Positions 1 through 8,588 of a DNA stretch of 33,773 bases are shown here, piece by piece. Source of the DNA: Salinispira sp. (GTDB lineage Bacteria; Spirochaetota; Spirochaetia; DSM-27196; Salinispiraceae); NCBI GenBank assembly GCA_965226555.1, contig CBDDDG010000026.1, forward strand, positions 1-33,773, in the 5' to 3' direction. The translations under genes were made by a program, and so were the position numbers. A model generated the notes under the pieces. The model searched no databases. It had not been told where the DNA came from and saw nothing but the letters and a program-made list of their open reading frames with translations. Every line of letters begins with the position of its first letter. Within the stretch, counting starts at the first letter, position 1.

Positions 1-521
1 TAAAAGAAAATAATATGTGGGTAGGGGTTACTCCAATGGGTATTGATATGTTATTTGATATTCCAGAAAATTTTGCTCAAGAATTACTATCAAATAAGAA
101 AAAAGGAAGTGGTTATAAAATAATAGATGGGCAAGTTAAGGGGAGAACATCTGCAATATGGTTTACAAACATAGAACATGGGAGACGACATAAACCATTA
201 TCTCTCATGGATGAAACTGATATTGTCAGGTATATTACCGGAAAACCGTTTGAGAAATATGATAACTATAATGCAATAGAGGTTTTCAAGACAAAGGCTA
301 TTCCGAATGACTATGATGGAGTAATAGGAGTGCCGATTAGTTTTCTTGATAAATACTGTCCAGAACAATTTGAAATCATCGGGGCTGACGATGACGTCAA
401 ACAAGGACTTTTGCCTGAATTGGTCAATCCAAATTGGCAGGGTAAAATCGACCGTGGCTATATAAACGGAAAACGAATGTATGCGCGTATTTTAATTAAA
501 CATAAAAAGGCGAAAAAATAA
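1..521 (+). CDS. Adenine-specific DNA methyltransferase, EcoRI-family, C-terminal part (5' end outside window)
   Basis: Motifs [51 protein letters not shown] and terminal YARILIK are typical of EcoRI-family methylase C-termini; 1 bp upstream of a DUF262-HNH gene. Confidence 0.8.
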   Translation, partial: KENNMWVGVTPMGIDMLFDIPENFAQELLSNKKKGSGYKIIDGQVKGRTSAIWFTNIEHGRRHKPLSLMDETDIVRYITGKPFEKYDNYNAIEVFKTKAIPNDYDGVIGVPISFLDKYCPEQFEIIGADDDVKQGLLPELVNPNWQGKIDRGYINGKRMYARILIKHKKAKK

Positions 522-522
522 C

Positions 523-1686
523 ATGAAAACAACGCTAAAAACTGAAATAACCATTGCGGATGTCTGTGAAGGATTTGTTTACAACGAACTTGAAGGAAAG
601 GGGCTGTTTGGACTCGATGGCGCGTTAACTATTCAGCCTGAGTATCAGAGAAATTACATCTACGCTGAGAGCAAAAAGGATGCGCCAGTTATTGAATCAA
701 TTTTGAAAAGTTATCCAATTGGGCTAATTTATTTCAATAAAATTGATGATAACCAGTTAGAAGTTTTGGACGGACAGCAACGCATTACGAGCATAGGCCG
801 TTATGTTGGCAACTGCTTTGCGGTAAAAGATGAAAACGGCTTAGAACAGTATTTTAGCGGCATTGCAAAAGACAAACAGAAAAAAATATTAGAAACGAAG
901 ATGCTCATTTATGAATGTGAAGGAACAGAAAGCGAAATAAAAGAATGGTTTAAGACAATTAATATTGCAGGGGAGCCTCTTAATAATCAGGAACTTCTTA
1001 ATGCAGTATACTCTGGCCCCTTTGTAACACGCGCCAAAGAAGAATTCAGTAACAGCAGAAATTCTTACATAGCCAAGTGGAGCGCATATATTAAAGGCAG
1101 CGCAAATAGACAGGCATTTTTAGAACGGGCATTCGATTGGGTCAGTAAAGGAAAAATTGGCGAGTATATGAGCCGGCGCCGTTACGACAATAACATTACC
1201 GAGCTAAAAACCTATTTTAACAGCGTTATTGACTGGGTTTCTGTCGTATTTACTGATATTGAAAACGAAATGCGCGGATTGGAGTGGGGAAGATTGTATG
1301 AAACATATCACAAAAATTCATATAGCCCTGCAACTGTTTCAAAAGAGGTTCAGAAACTTATACATGACCCGTATGTTAAAAACCGCAGAGGCGTTTTTGA
1401 GTTTATACTTGGCGGTTCAGAAAATACCACACTTCTTGATATTCGTGTGTTTGACGAAGCAACAAGAAGAAAAGTATACAGCAAGCAAACCGAAGCAGCC
1501 AAGCTCAAAGGTGAATCAAACTGCCCGCTCTGCGCCCTTGGTCATGAATCCAGCAGAACGAAAATATGGAGTTTGAAAGATATGGAAGCCGATCACGTAA
1601 CAGCATGGAGTAAGGGCGGTTCAACCTCAGCCGGAAATTGTCAAATGCTCTGTCAGAAACATAATAGAACAAAAGGAAATAAATAA
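523..1686 (+). CDS. DUF262 (GmrSD N-terminal-like) plus HNH endonuclease, putative restriction enzyme
   Basis: [17 protein letters not shown] and [14 protein letters not shown]262 motifs; C-terminal CPLC...[13 protein letters not shown]...[17 protein letters not shown] domain. Confidence 0.85.
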   Translation: MKTTLKTEITIADVCEGFVYNELEGKGLFGLDGALTIQPEYQRNYIYAESKKDAPVIESILKSYPIGLIYFNKIDDNQLEVLDGQQRITSIGRYVGNCFAVKDENGLEQYFSGIAKDKQKKILETKMLIYECEGTESEIKEWFKTINIAGEPLNNQELLNAVYSGPFVTRAKEEFSNSRNSYIAKWSAYIKGSANRQAFLERAFDWVSKGKIGEYMSRRRYDNNITELKTYFNSVIDWVSVVFTDIENEMRGLEWGRLYETYHKNSYSPATVSKEVQKLIHDPYVKNRRGVFEFILGGSENTTLLDIRVFDEATRRKVYSKQTEAAKLKGESNCPLCALGHESSRTKIWSLKDMEADHVTAWSKGGSTSAGNCQMLCQKHNRTKGNK

Positions 1687-1749
1687 ATTCGTGTATATCA
1701 AAAAAATGAATACGCGCCCGAGATGAAATATGATACTATGAACTTCCCG

Positions 1750-1820
1750 GCGACCGTTGTATAATGGTATTACCCCAGCTTCCCAAGCTGGTGACGTGGG
1801 TTCGATTCCCATCGGTCGCT
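1750..1820 (+). tRNA. tRNA-Gly (anticodon CCC), CCA not encoded
   Basis: Acceptor stem GCGACCG/CGGTCGC, anticodon arm CCAGC-TTCCCAA-GCTGG, T-arm GTGGG-TTCGATT-CCCAT, discriminator U. Confidence 0.95.
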
Positions 1821-1825
1821 TTATA

Positions 1826-2458
1826 ATGGAACCTTCAATTCTCTGGTATGATCTTGAAACATTCGGCACAAACCCCTTTCACGACCGCATAGCGCAGTTT
1901 GCGGCAATCCGCACAAATTTCAACTTTGAACAGGTCGGAGAAGCCCATGTGCTATACTGCCGCCCTGCCCTCGTATACAGCGCAGCCCGGCTCACCCGCG
2001 CTGAGGGCTGCACAACACTCATCTGCCCCCTCGGCGTTCCCGGAGAAAAAAGCCGCTGTCCCTTCATAAAAAATACAGACAGAAAACAGCTCGGCCCCAT
2101 CCATGAGCAGCTCGAAACAATTGCGGCGGCCGATACCAATGGGCGCAGGGAACTCCTGCACACATTCATTCCTCACATTCAAAACATTAAATTCTGCGAA
2201 AGGGAACGAATCGGCAAACTTCTCAACCGGCTTCTCGGGCGGAGTTTCGGCGAAGACCTCAGTGGAAAGGTTGCAAAGAATTGGCTGCGATTTTGCCAGA
2301 ACCGCCTCATATTTCCCCTGCTGGATGATGCCATGGATATTACCCGTTTTCAGAAAACCATTGCCGCGCTCCACGAAACAAGTACTCTGAAACAAAAATT
2401 TATTCTGAAAGATTTGCTTGTCTATTTTGAAGCGCTGGAAAAGCGCGTCCTGAAATAG
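1826..2458 (+). pseudogene. sbcB: Exodeoxyribonuclease I remnant with large in-frame internal deletions (about 210 aa versus about 475 aa normally)
   Basis: N-terminus WYDLETFGTNPFHDRIAQFAAIRT...YCRP matches the ExoI motif I region, then jumps to middle- and C-terminal-like sequence; Exo II and III motifs not seen. Confidence 0.7.
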
Positions 2459-2548
2459 AAGAGAAGTGTATACATTGATGGTGATATTGATTATACCGGA
2501 ACTCACGAACATATGTATTGTGCTTCCGGTATATGTGCCAGCACTATT

Positions 2549-2603
2549 AGAAACGTTTGCATTGGAAAATTGCGCTTGCGCAATTTCCAGTAGCAAAACT
2601 TTG
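2549..2603. repeat. AT-rich palindromic element (family A), single copy
   Basis: AAACGTTTGC-ATT-GGAAAATTGCGC-TT-GCGCAATTTCC-AGTA-GCAAAACTTT. Confidence 0.9.
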
Positions 2604-2639
2604 TTATATTCTTGTCCATTTTTCTGAAATGCTCGAATT

Positions 2640-2720
2640 TCATCCCCGCTGAGCTTGCCCCTGCTCGCGACCCTGCTCAACACCTGCCAGAAATGGTTTA
2701 TCGAAAATGTCTTCCAACAT
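2640..2720 (-). other. Small RpnS-like ORF (MLEDIFDKPFLAGVEQGREQGQAQRG), possibly a deleted remnant
   Basis: GAGGAGG RBS 7 nt before ATG; G-x-E-Q-G repeats; out-of-frame continuation LSGDEIRAFQKNG resembles Rpn C-termini; paralog at 16016-16084. Confidence 0.5.
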
Positions 2721-2767
2721 ACGTTTTCCTCCTCAGGATTTTACTGCCGGCTGCACGCGAGCCGGAT

Positions 2768-2850
2768 GCCCGGGCGAGCAGCGCGGAAGCGCGACCAGCC
2801 CAGGAGGCGCAAGCCTCCGACCAGCCCGGAGGCATGGGAGCAAGGCCAAT
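2768..2850. repeat. GC-rich dispersed repeat (family B)
   Basis: GGGCGAGCAG...CGACCAGCCC modules also at 9001-9042, 18066-18214 and 19584-19641, with a partial copy at 16133-16162. Confidence 0.7.
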
Positions 2851-3974
2851 TAATGCGACCCGTTCCGCACTGTCCGCATTTCCTCATCGCTCAGCCCGGT
2901 AACATCCTGAATGTCATGGGCTGAAAATCCTTTGGAAAACATACTGCGGGCGTTTTTTCTCCGCTCCTCAATATGCCCCTCCGCGCGGCCTGTCTGTAGT
3001 CCTTCCTGCCGACCTGTCTGTAGCCCCTTCTGAAGTCCTTCTTCACGACCTGTCCGCAGTCCTTCCTGCCGACCTGTCTGTAGTCCTGTCTGAAGTCCTT
3101 CCTGCCGACCTGTCTGAAGTCCTTCCTGCCGACCTGTCTGAAGTCCTTCCTGCCGACCCATTTCCGCAATGCGCGCTCTGAATGTTTCCGCATTCATTCT
3201 GAACATTTTTGCTACCTCCTTACCTCTCGGTTCTTTTGTTCTTTCTAATCTGTTCATTAACGTATCTAAGTCTATAACAATTCCGAACATCGAATCTACC
3301 ACGCCGACAAATTCCTCTATCAGCTCCAGCGATTCTTCATTCAGCATTTCTGCTATCGCTTTCTCCACCTTCCGAATGTCCCAATCCGTATTCAGCAGAT
3401 TTTTCGAGTACAGATCAAGGTACATAACAGCCGCAAACATTCTTCCCCGCTGCTGTAGCTGTTCCGAAGAATAATCGTTCTCGCTAATAAGATCATAAGG
3501 AAAAGGGGCAAGATACTGCGGGAATTCCCGCTTCCGTTGCTTTCTGACATTCCCCGGCACCTTCCATTTTCTCGTACCATTATAGAACACAATGGGCAGA
3601 AATACCAACTCGCAGTCATCGGGAATTGCGCCGGAGCGGTGAATGTTTCTATAGAGAAGATTTGTGTACTCCGACATGCGGAGGGGCATGTCTTTGTCCA
3701 CTCCAGACTGATGCTCAAGGAGCACATAGATAGCAACATCTCCCGTGTGATCCCGAGTTCTGATTTTGCAGACAATGTCGGCCATTCGTGTTTTCGCATG
3801 GTCGATGAAAAATGTGCCGTTTTCGATGGTTATATCCTCGGTTCGCAGTTTTTTCGTCCATGCGCCTCCGACAAAGCGTTGCAGAAATTGGAGCATTATT
3901 GCGGGTTGGAACAGCAGGGAGCGGTATCCCTGGTCGTAGGGAACGGGGGCGGGTTTTTCTTTGAAATCGATCAT
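2850..3974 (-). CDS. Rpn/YhgA family PD-(D/E)XK nuclease (copy 1, intact) with internal small C-terminal ORF 3206..2850
   Basis: AGGAGG RBS before ATG 3974; motifs YDQGYRSLL, MADIVCKI, YVLLEHQS, DMPLRM, LPIVFYNG; GRQEGLQT tandem repeats and ..TGLSDEE tail; internal AAGGAGGT-N6-ATG at 3206. Confidence 0.9.
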   Translation of the reverse strand: MIDFKEKPAPVPYDQGYRSLLFQPAIMLQFLQRFVGGAWTKKLRTEDITIENGTFFIDHAKTRMADIVCKIRTRDHTGDVAIYVLLEHQSGVDKDMPLRMSEYTNLLYRNIHRSGAIPDDCELVFLPIVFYNGTRKWKVPGNVRKQRKREFPQYLAPFPYDLISENDYSSEQLQQRGRMFAAVMYLDLYSKNLLNTDWDIRKVEKAIAEMLNEESLELIEEFVGVVDSMFGIVIDLDTLMNRLERTKEPRGKEVAKMFRMNAETFRARIAEMGRQEGLQTGRQEGLQTGRQEGLQTGLQTGRQEGLRTGREEGLQKGLQTGRQEGLQTGRAEGHIEERRKNARSMFSKGFSAHDIQDVTGLSDEEMRTVRNGSH

Positions 3975-3989
3975 ATAATTCCTCCTGAA

Positions 3990-4045
3990 CGAAACTTTTG
4001 CTACTGGAAATTGTGCAAGCACAATTTTCCAATTCAAAAGTTTCT
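3990..4045. repeat. Palindromic element family A, just upstream of the rpn copy 1 RBS
   Basis: GAAACTTTTGC-TACT-GGAAATTGTGC-AA-GCACAATTTTCC-AATTCAAAAGTTTC. Confidence 0.9.
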
Positions 4046-4107
4046 GAACGTTTCTTTCTGAATAGGGGAGCTCCCATGGCGACATGGTCCCATGGTGAAT
4101 TCTCCCT

Positions 4108-4437
4108 TATATATCTATAACGGGTAAAATGTCATTCTTGACTATGTTTTTTGAGAGAATTTGAAAGAATTTTGCAAAATGTGTGAATTTTTTTCGGAGA
4201 GTCGGGAATGGGGGGCTGGTATGCTCTGTGTTGATACGCTTTATGCTCCCCGGAACAATGCTCCGCGCGAGGCCTTTGTTGAAGTGTGAATATATGAAGT
4301 CCCGGAATATCTGAGCATTCCCGAAAACATATTTCCAGCGTGTACCATACCGATATATTTTCCGCTCATACCATATAGACGGGTTAAATATGAATGGTGT
4401 ATGACAAAATGAGAAATTTTTTGAAAAAGTTTTATTA
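4108..4437 (-). repeat. Conserved rpn upstream leader containing a degenerate Rpn N-terminal stub
   Basis: Similar blocks at about 17600-17952 and 19276-19472 (ATCTATAACGGGTAAAA...TTTTGCAAAAT.TGTGAATTTTTT...GCTCATAC..TATAGACGGG); stub WKYVFGNAQIFRDFIYSHF...IKRINTEH resembles an Rpn N-terminus. Confidence 0.7.
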
Positions 4438-4457
4438 TTTTGGGATATTACTAGAAA

Positions 4458-4673
4458 GAGACCGTTGCACGGCAATTCTACCATCTGACATCATTTACGC
4501 CTTCGGTGGCGAAAATTGACAAAATAAAGGAGATTGGGCAGTATTTTTAATGGTCAACCTTCAAAATTTATAAAATTTTACAACAAAATCCCAAAAATGA
4601 CATGATATTTTTTACAAAAGCACATTGTTTATATGCAAATCGCAAAAAAAATTATTTGCCGTGCAACGGTCTC
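4458..4673. mobile_element. MITE (216 bp) with IS5-type ends
   Basis: Perfect 18-bp TIR GAGACCGTTGCACGGCAA / TTGCCGTGCAACGGTCTC; flanking direct repeat TAGAAA at 4452-4457 and 4674-4679; no transposase. Confidence 0.85.
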
Positions 4674-4731
4674 TAGAAACTTTTGCTCATGGAAATTGCG
4701 CAAGCGCAATTTTCCAATGCAAAAGTTTCTA
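4674..4731. repeat. Palindromic element family A
   Basis: TAGAAACTTTTGC-TCAT-GGAAATTGCGC-AA-GCGCAATTTTCC-AAT-GCAAAAGTTTCTA. Confidence 0.9.
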
Positions 4732-4735
4732 TGAA

Positions 4736-5575
4736 TTAAAATGTCTGCGGTTCAAAGTCTTCGGCGTTGATAATGGAGGCGCTGGAACCCGTGGCTTTAA
4801 TGGCAAAGAGCTTCTTTTTTTGAGCGTATTTATCGGCCGATCCAACAACATTTATGTAGGCAACACCCCCGTAAATAATATCGTTTTGAAAGCGGGGCAT
4901 GGCTGTTCGAAATAGTTTCATGCTCTTGAGAAAGTGATCCACATCTTCTACCCTGAGAGTGGTTTTGACTTCAATTACCACCGTTTCATTGCCGTTGCAG
5001 GCAATAAGATCAAACTCGGCAAGCGGTTTTCCCGGAACTTCTATATATTCTCTTCTAACCAAAGTTTTGTCTACGGTAATTCCTCTCATCTTGAGCAACC
5101 TTACCAAGTCGCCCTCCACGAGGCTCTCTATGAGCTTGCCCCACTGGGAGGTAAAGAGTTCATCGAGCTTTTTTAGCCTGCGGTCGGTTTCCTTCTCTCG
5201 ACGCCGAGACTCCAGTCGAGACTCCAGTCGGGACTCTTCCATTCGGCGGTCGGTTTCCTTCATTCGACGGTCGGTTTCCTTCATTTGGCGGTCGGTTTCC
5301 TTCATTTGGCGGTCGGTTTCCTTCATTTGGCGGTCGGTTTCCTTCATTTGGCGGTCGGTTTCCTTCATTTGGCGGTCGGTTTCCTTCATTTGGCGGTCAA
5401 TTTCCTTCCCTCGACGCTCAGCCTCCTTCTCTCGACGCTTAGCCTCTTGTCTGTCCTCTTCCATTCGACGGTCAATTTCCTTCCCTCGACGCTCAGCCTC
5501 CTTGTGGGACTCCCTTTGGGCCTCTGCCGTTTCTGCCATCATGTCTTTAATTTCTTGTACGGTTAGTTCTGCCAT
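4736..5575 (-). CDS. Coiled-coil ETDRQMK-repeat protein with C-terminal PD-(D/E)XK nuclease-like domain (DUF3782-like)
   Basis: GAGGAG RBS before MAELT; 21-nt tandem repeats at about 5247-5397; WGKLIESLV, EFDLIA, VVIEVKTTL motifs. Confidence 0.75.
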   Translation of the reverse strand: MAELTVQEIKDMMAETAEAQRESHKEAERRGKEIDRRMEEDRQEAKRREKEAERRGKEIDRQMKETDRQMKETDRQMKETDRQMKETDRQMKETDRQMKETDRRMKETDRRMEESRLESRLESRRREKETDRRLKKLDELFTSQWGKLIESLVEGDLVRLLKMRGITVDKTLVRREYIEVPGKPLAEFDLIACNGNETVVIEVKTTLRVEDVDHFLKSMKLFRTAMPRFQNDIIYGGVAYINVVGSADKYAQKKKLFAIKATGSSASIINAEDFEPQTF

Positions 5576-5649
5576 TGTCTGTCTCCTCTCATGTATAATA
5601 GCCTTTTCCGGTACTGAAATCAACTTGAAGCGTTATATATGCTCAAGAT

Positions 5650-5906
5650 AGCGTTAAAAATAACACCTTCAGTCCAGTCTGCATCATTTACGCGAAACCG
5701 CAGGTCATACCCGGTAATTGTGCTGCCGCCGTTATCGGGCGCTGTCCATGTAGCTGGGGTTTTCAATGCGGATTTTGTCCATGTCCAGCTTGGCAAGCGC
5801 CGTATCCTCACAGAACAGCCGCAGCAGGTCGGGAATCATCAGGGGGTTCTGTAGTAGGCGATCTTAAAGGCTATGTCGTGGATGTGGCCTGTGCTCTGGG
5901 ATGATT
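5650..5906 (-). pseudogene. Chimeric remnant: rpn N-terminus fused to an FN3 fragment
   Basis: 5748-5906 is near-identical to 19098-19254 (5' end of rpn copy 3); 5650-5755 encodes ATWTAPDNGGSTITGYDLRFR..WT, an FN3 fragment similar to about 21000-21085. Confidence 0.75.
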
Positions 5907-5983
5907 CTGCCTCAGTGTTCCCTGATTTTTTGCTGGTTTTTTTCGGGGCATTTCTCGGGACAGGCCTCTGGGATGGATCGATC

Positions 5984-8248
5984 CTACTGCTCGCGCTGGG
6001 AAAAGAGATAGGCGCTGCCGGAGTTGCTTACTCCGGCATTATTAGTTAACGGCGCGCCGACAATTGCGGTGTTTCCATGAATAGCAACACTGTATCCAAA
6101 GTTATCCTTCGCAGCCGCGTCGGGAGCAAGCATCTTATCATGCCGGCGCCACAGTTCATCGCTTCCTCGGGTAAAAACGTAGGCGCTGCCGGAGCTGTCT
6201 CCGGCATCATCATTCCTATATGCGCCGACAATTGCGGTGTTTCCATGAATAGCGACACTGTATCCAAAGTTATCACTCTCAGCCGCGTCAGTTGCAGTGA
6301 GTTTCGCCTGCTGGTTCCAGTCTACTTCCCCCTTAGTAAAAATGTACGCGGCTCCGGTAGCAGTTCCATTATCAAAATTTCCCGGAGCTCCGACAATTAA
6401 CGTCTCTCCATCGAAGGCAACACTGGATCCAAATTCATTACTCTCGTCATGTGCGAATATGCTGCCTTGAATAGCCGTCCAAGTCGTCCCGTTCCGGCGA
6501 TATGCCTGTACAGCGCCTTTACTACTTGCGCCAGGAATGCCAACCATTACCGTATTTCCATAAATAGCGACACTGTTTCCAAAATTAGCATTTGCAGCCG
6601 TGAAAAGGAATTTTTCTGTCTGGAGCCAGTTGCCAGTGCTGTTTCGGGTAAAAATGTATGCGCTTCCAGAATTTGCATTCTCCCCATTATCTGCAGACGG
6701 CACTCCGACAATTACCGTATTCCCATAAATAGCGACACTTCTTCCAAAGTTATCGCCCGTAGCCGCGTCAGTTGCAGTGAGTTTCGCCTGCTGGCTCCAG
6801 TTGCCATTGCTGTCTCGGATAAAAATGTATGCGGCGCCGGCATTTAGGGTGGTGATTGTTGGATTCATGGCGTCGCCGGTACTAGTAATAACAGTATCAT
6901 ATTGCGCGCCGATAATTGCCGTGCCATTAGCCTCATCAATAGCGACACTATTTCCAAAATTGGCGTTGTAAACCGCGTTAGTTGCGACAAGTTTCGCCTG
7001 CTGGCTCCAGTTGCCAGTACTCCCCTTGGTGAATATGTACGCGATACCGGAATCACCGGGGTTATTATCATCCTCGGCAAACTCCGCGCCGACAATTGCG
7101 GTATTCCCATCAATAGCGACACTGTTTCCAAATTGATCGCCCTCAGCCGCATCGGAAGCCGTAATTTCTTCCTGTAGGGGGAAGTACCATGGGGTGCCGG
7201 CTACTGCCGTAGACCAGCCGCTGGATCCCTGAGCGTTAATGGCTTGTATGCTCGCCTCGTACTCTGCGCCGTTTGTGAGCCCAGTGAAGGTGTAGCGCGC
7301 GCCGAAAATGCTGTAGCTGAGATCCGTCCATTCCACGGGTTCTTCTCCTTCTCCAACTGTTTCGCGATAGCGCAGGTTGTAGGCGCTAATGGCGTTGCCG
7401 CCGTCATCAGTAACCGTCCATGTCGCAACAAGTTCCCTATCGTTCGCTTCGAGGGTTACAACTGGCGCGCTGGGAACAGTGGCAGGCGCCAATACTGCCG
7501 ATTCCGACCACGGCCCAGTTCCCTCACCGTTTATGGCGCGCGCCTGCACTTCGTACATGAGCCCGTTTGTCAGTCCGCTGCCAATGGTGTAGCGTGTGTC
7601 AGTAATACTAGGGGCAGGGGTAATGCCATCGATAATTTTCGCCCATTCAATTTCCGTCCATTCGGCATTGCCCGCATCGCGGGACTCGCGGTAGCGCAGG
7701 TCGTAGGCGGTAATGTCGCTGCCGCCAATGTCCGGCGGGGCCTTCCATGTAACAGTAAGCGCTGTGTTCTTCGCTTCAAGCGCGGGAGGGGCAGGCGCTC
7801 CGGGAACATGCGCGGGCGCCAATACCGCCGATTCCGACCATGGCCCCCCCCCCTGAGCGTTGACTGCGCGCATCTGCACTTCGTAGACAATTCCGTTTGT
7901 CAGTTCGCCAATGGTGTAGCCAGCGCCGATAATACCGTAGCTGAGCTCTGTCCACTCCGCATTTTCCGCGTTTTCTGCTGGACTTCCCTCCGCGCGGTGG
8001 CGCAGGTTGTAGGCGGTAATGTCGCTGCCGCCGTTATTGGTCGGCGGGCTCCACGTAACAGTAAGCGAATTATTCCTTGCGGCAAGCTCCGGCGCCGCCA
8101 TGGCAGACGGCGCGGTTGGTTCCACTGTTGGTTCCGCAGCCGGCTCGGGTTCTGGGGTTGGTTCCGGCAGTGGGCATGTAGAAATCAATACAATACACAT
8201 TGCGCTGAAAATGAAAAAGATTGTTCCTTTGTATGACGAGATTCTCAT
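5984..8248 (-). CDS. Surface lipoprotein with three fibronectin type III domains and an FG-GAP (integrin-like) beta-propeller
   Basis: Signal peptide ending LISTC, Pro/Glu linker, three W..P..NGG..ITAY.LR..Y.V..RA.N..G.G.WS-type units, then repeats of FG.SVAI.G.T.IVGA...GAAYIF. Confidence 0.85.
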   Translation of the reverse strand: MRISSYKGTIFFIFSAMCIVLISTCPLPEPTPEPEPAAEPTVEPTAPSAMAAPELAARNNSLTVTWSPPTNNGGSDITAYNLRHRAEGSPAENAENAEWTELSYGIIGAGYTIGELTNGIVYEVQMRAVNAQGGGPWSESAVLAPAHVPGAPAPPALEAKNTALTVTWKAPPDIGGSDITAYDLRYRESRDAGNAEWTEIEWAKIIDGITPAPSITDTRYTIGSGLTNGLMYEVQARAINGEGTGPWSESAVLAPATVPSAPVVTLEANDRELVATWTVTDDGGNAISAYNLRYRETVGEGEEPVEWTDLSYSIFGARYTFTGLTNGAEYEASIQAINAQGSSGWSTAVAGTPWYFPLQEEITASDAAEGDQFGNSVAIDGNTAIVGAEFAEDDNNPGDSGIAYIFTKGSTGNWSQQAKLVATNAVYNANFGNSVAIDEANGTAIIGAQYDTVITSTGDAMNPTITTLNAGAAYIFIRDSNGNWSQQAKLTATDAATGDNFGRSVAIYGNTVIVGVPSADNGENANSGSAYIFTRNSTGNWLQTEKFLFTAANANFGNSVAIYGNTVMVGIPGASSKGAVQAYRRNGTTWTAIQGSIFAHDESNEFGSSVAFDGETLIVGAPGNFDNGTATGAAYIFTKGEVDWNQQAKLTATDAAESDNFGYSVAIHGNTAIVGAYRNDDAGDSSGSAYVFTRGSDELWRRHDKMLAPDAAAKDNFGYSVAIHGNTAIVGAPLTNNAGVSNSGSAYLFSQREQ

Positions 8249-8588
8249 ATATTTTGCATCCTAAAATGGCTAATATCGATTATTTTTCATCGACATTTCC
8301 AACTGTTCCTGCGCCTATCGGTACAATACCGGAACAGTATACCAGTTCGAAAAGCCATGCTATATGTATAGAGACCATTGCATAATCCATGGTTTTATTG
8401 ATGTAGGGAAGGATGATAAAAAATTTGAGATAAAGTGATGGGATGATGCGGGAAAAACGGGGTGATAACACCATCTGAGTGCCTGCAAAGGATCGCATTT
8501 CGCTCATTTTCGACCGTTTCTCCGCTGGTTTTCGTCTTTCGGGCGTCTGTTGCCGGTCGGCTTCTGCCGTTTGTCCCGAATGCGGTCG

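Noticed and set aside
1757..1825. N-terminal extension of ORF 1757..2458
   Set aside because: It overlaps the tRNA-Gly; the real start is ATG 1826.
3975..4085. Palindrome-encoded N-terminal extension of rpn copy 1
   Set aside because: A strong AGGAGG RBS sits before ATG 3974, so the palindrome is more likely untranslated leader.
5247..5397. 21-nt tandem repeat as a CRISPR or non-coding VNTR
   Set aside because: There are no spacers; it is the coding ETDRQMK heptad repeat.
7244..8236. Long antisense ORFs (7244..8236, 10724..11515, 1952..2683, 28092..28718 and others)
   Set aside because: They are shadows of well-supported genes on the opposite strand and have no recognisable motifs.
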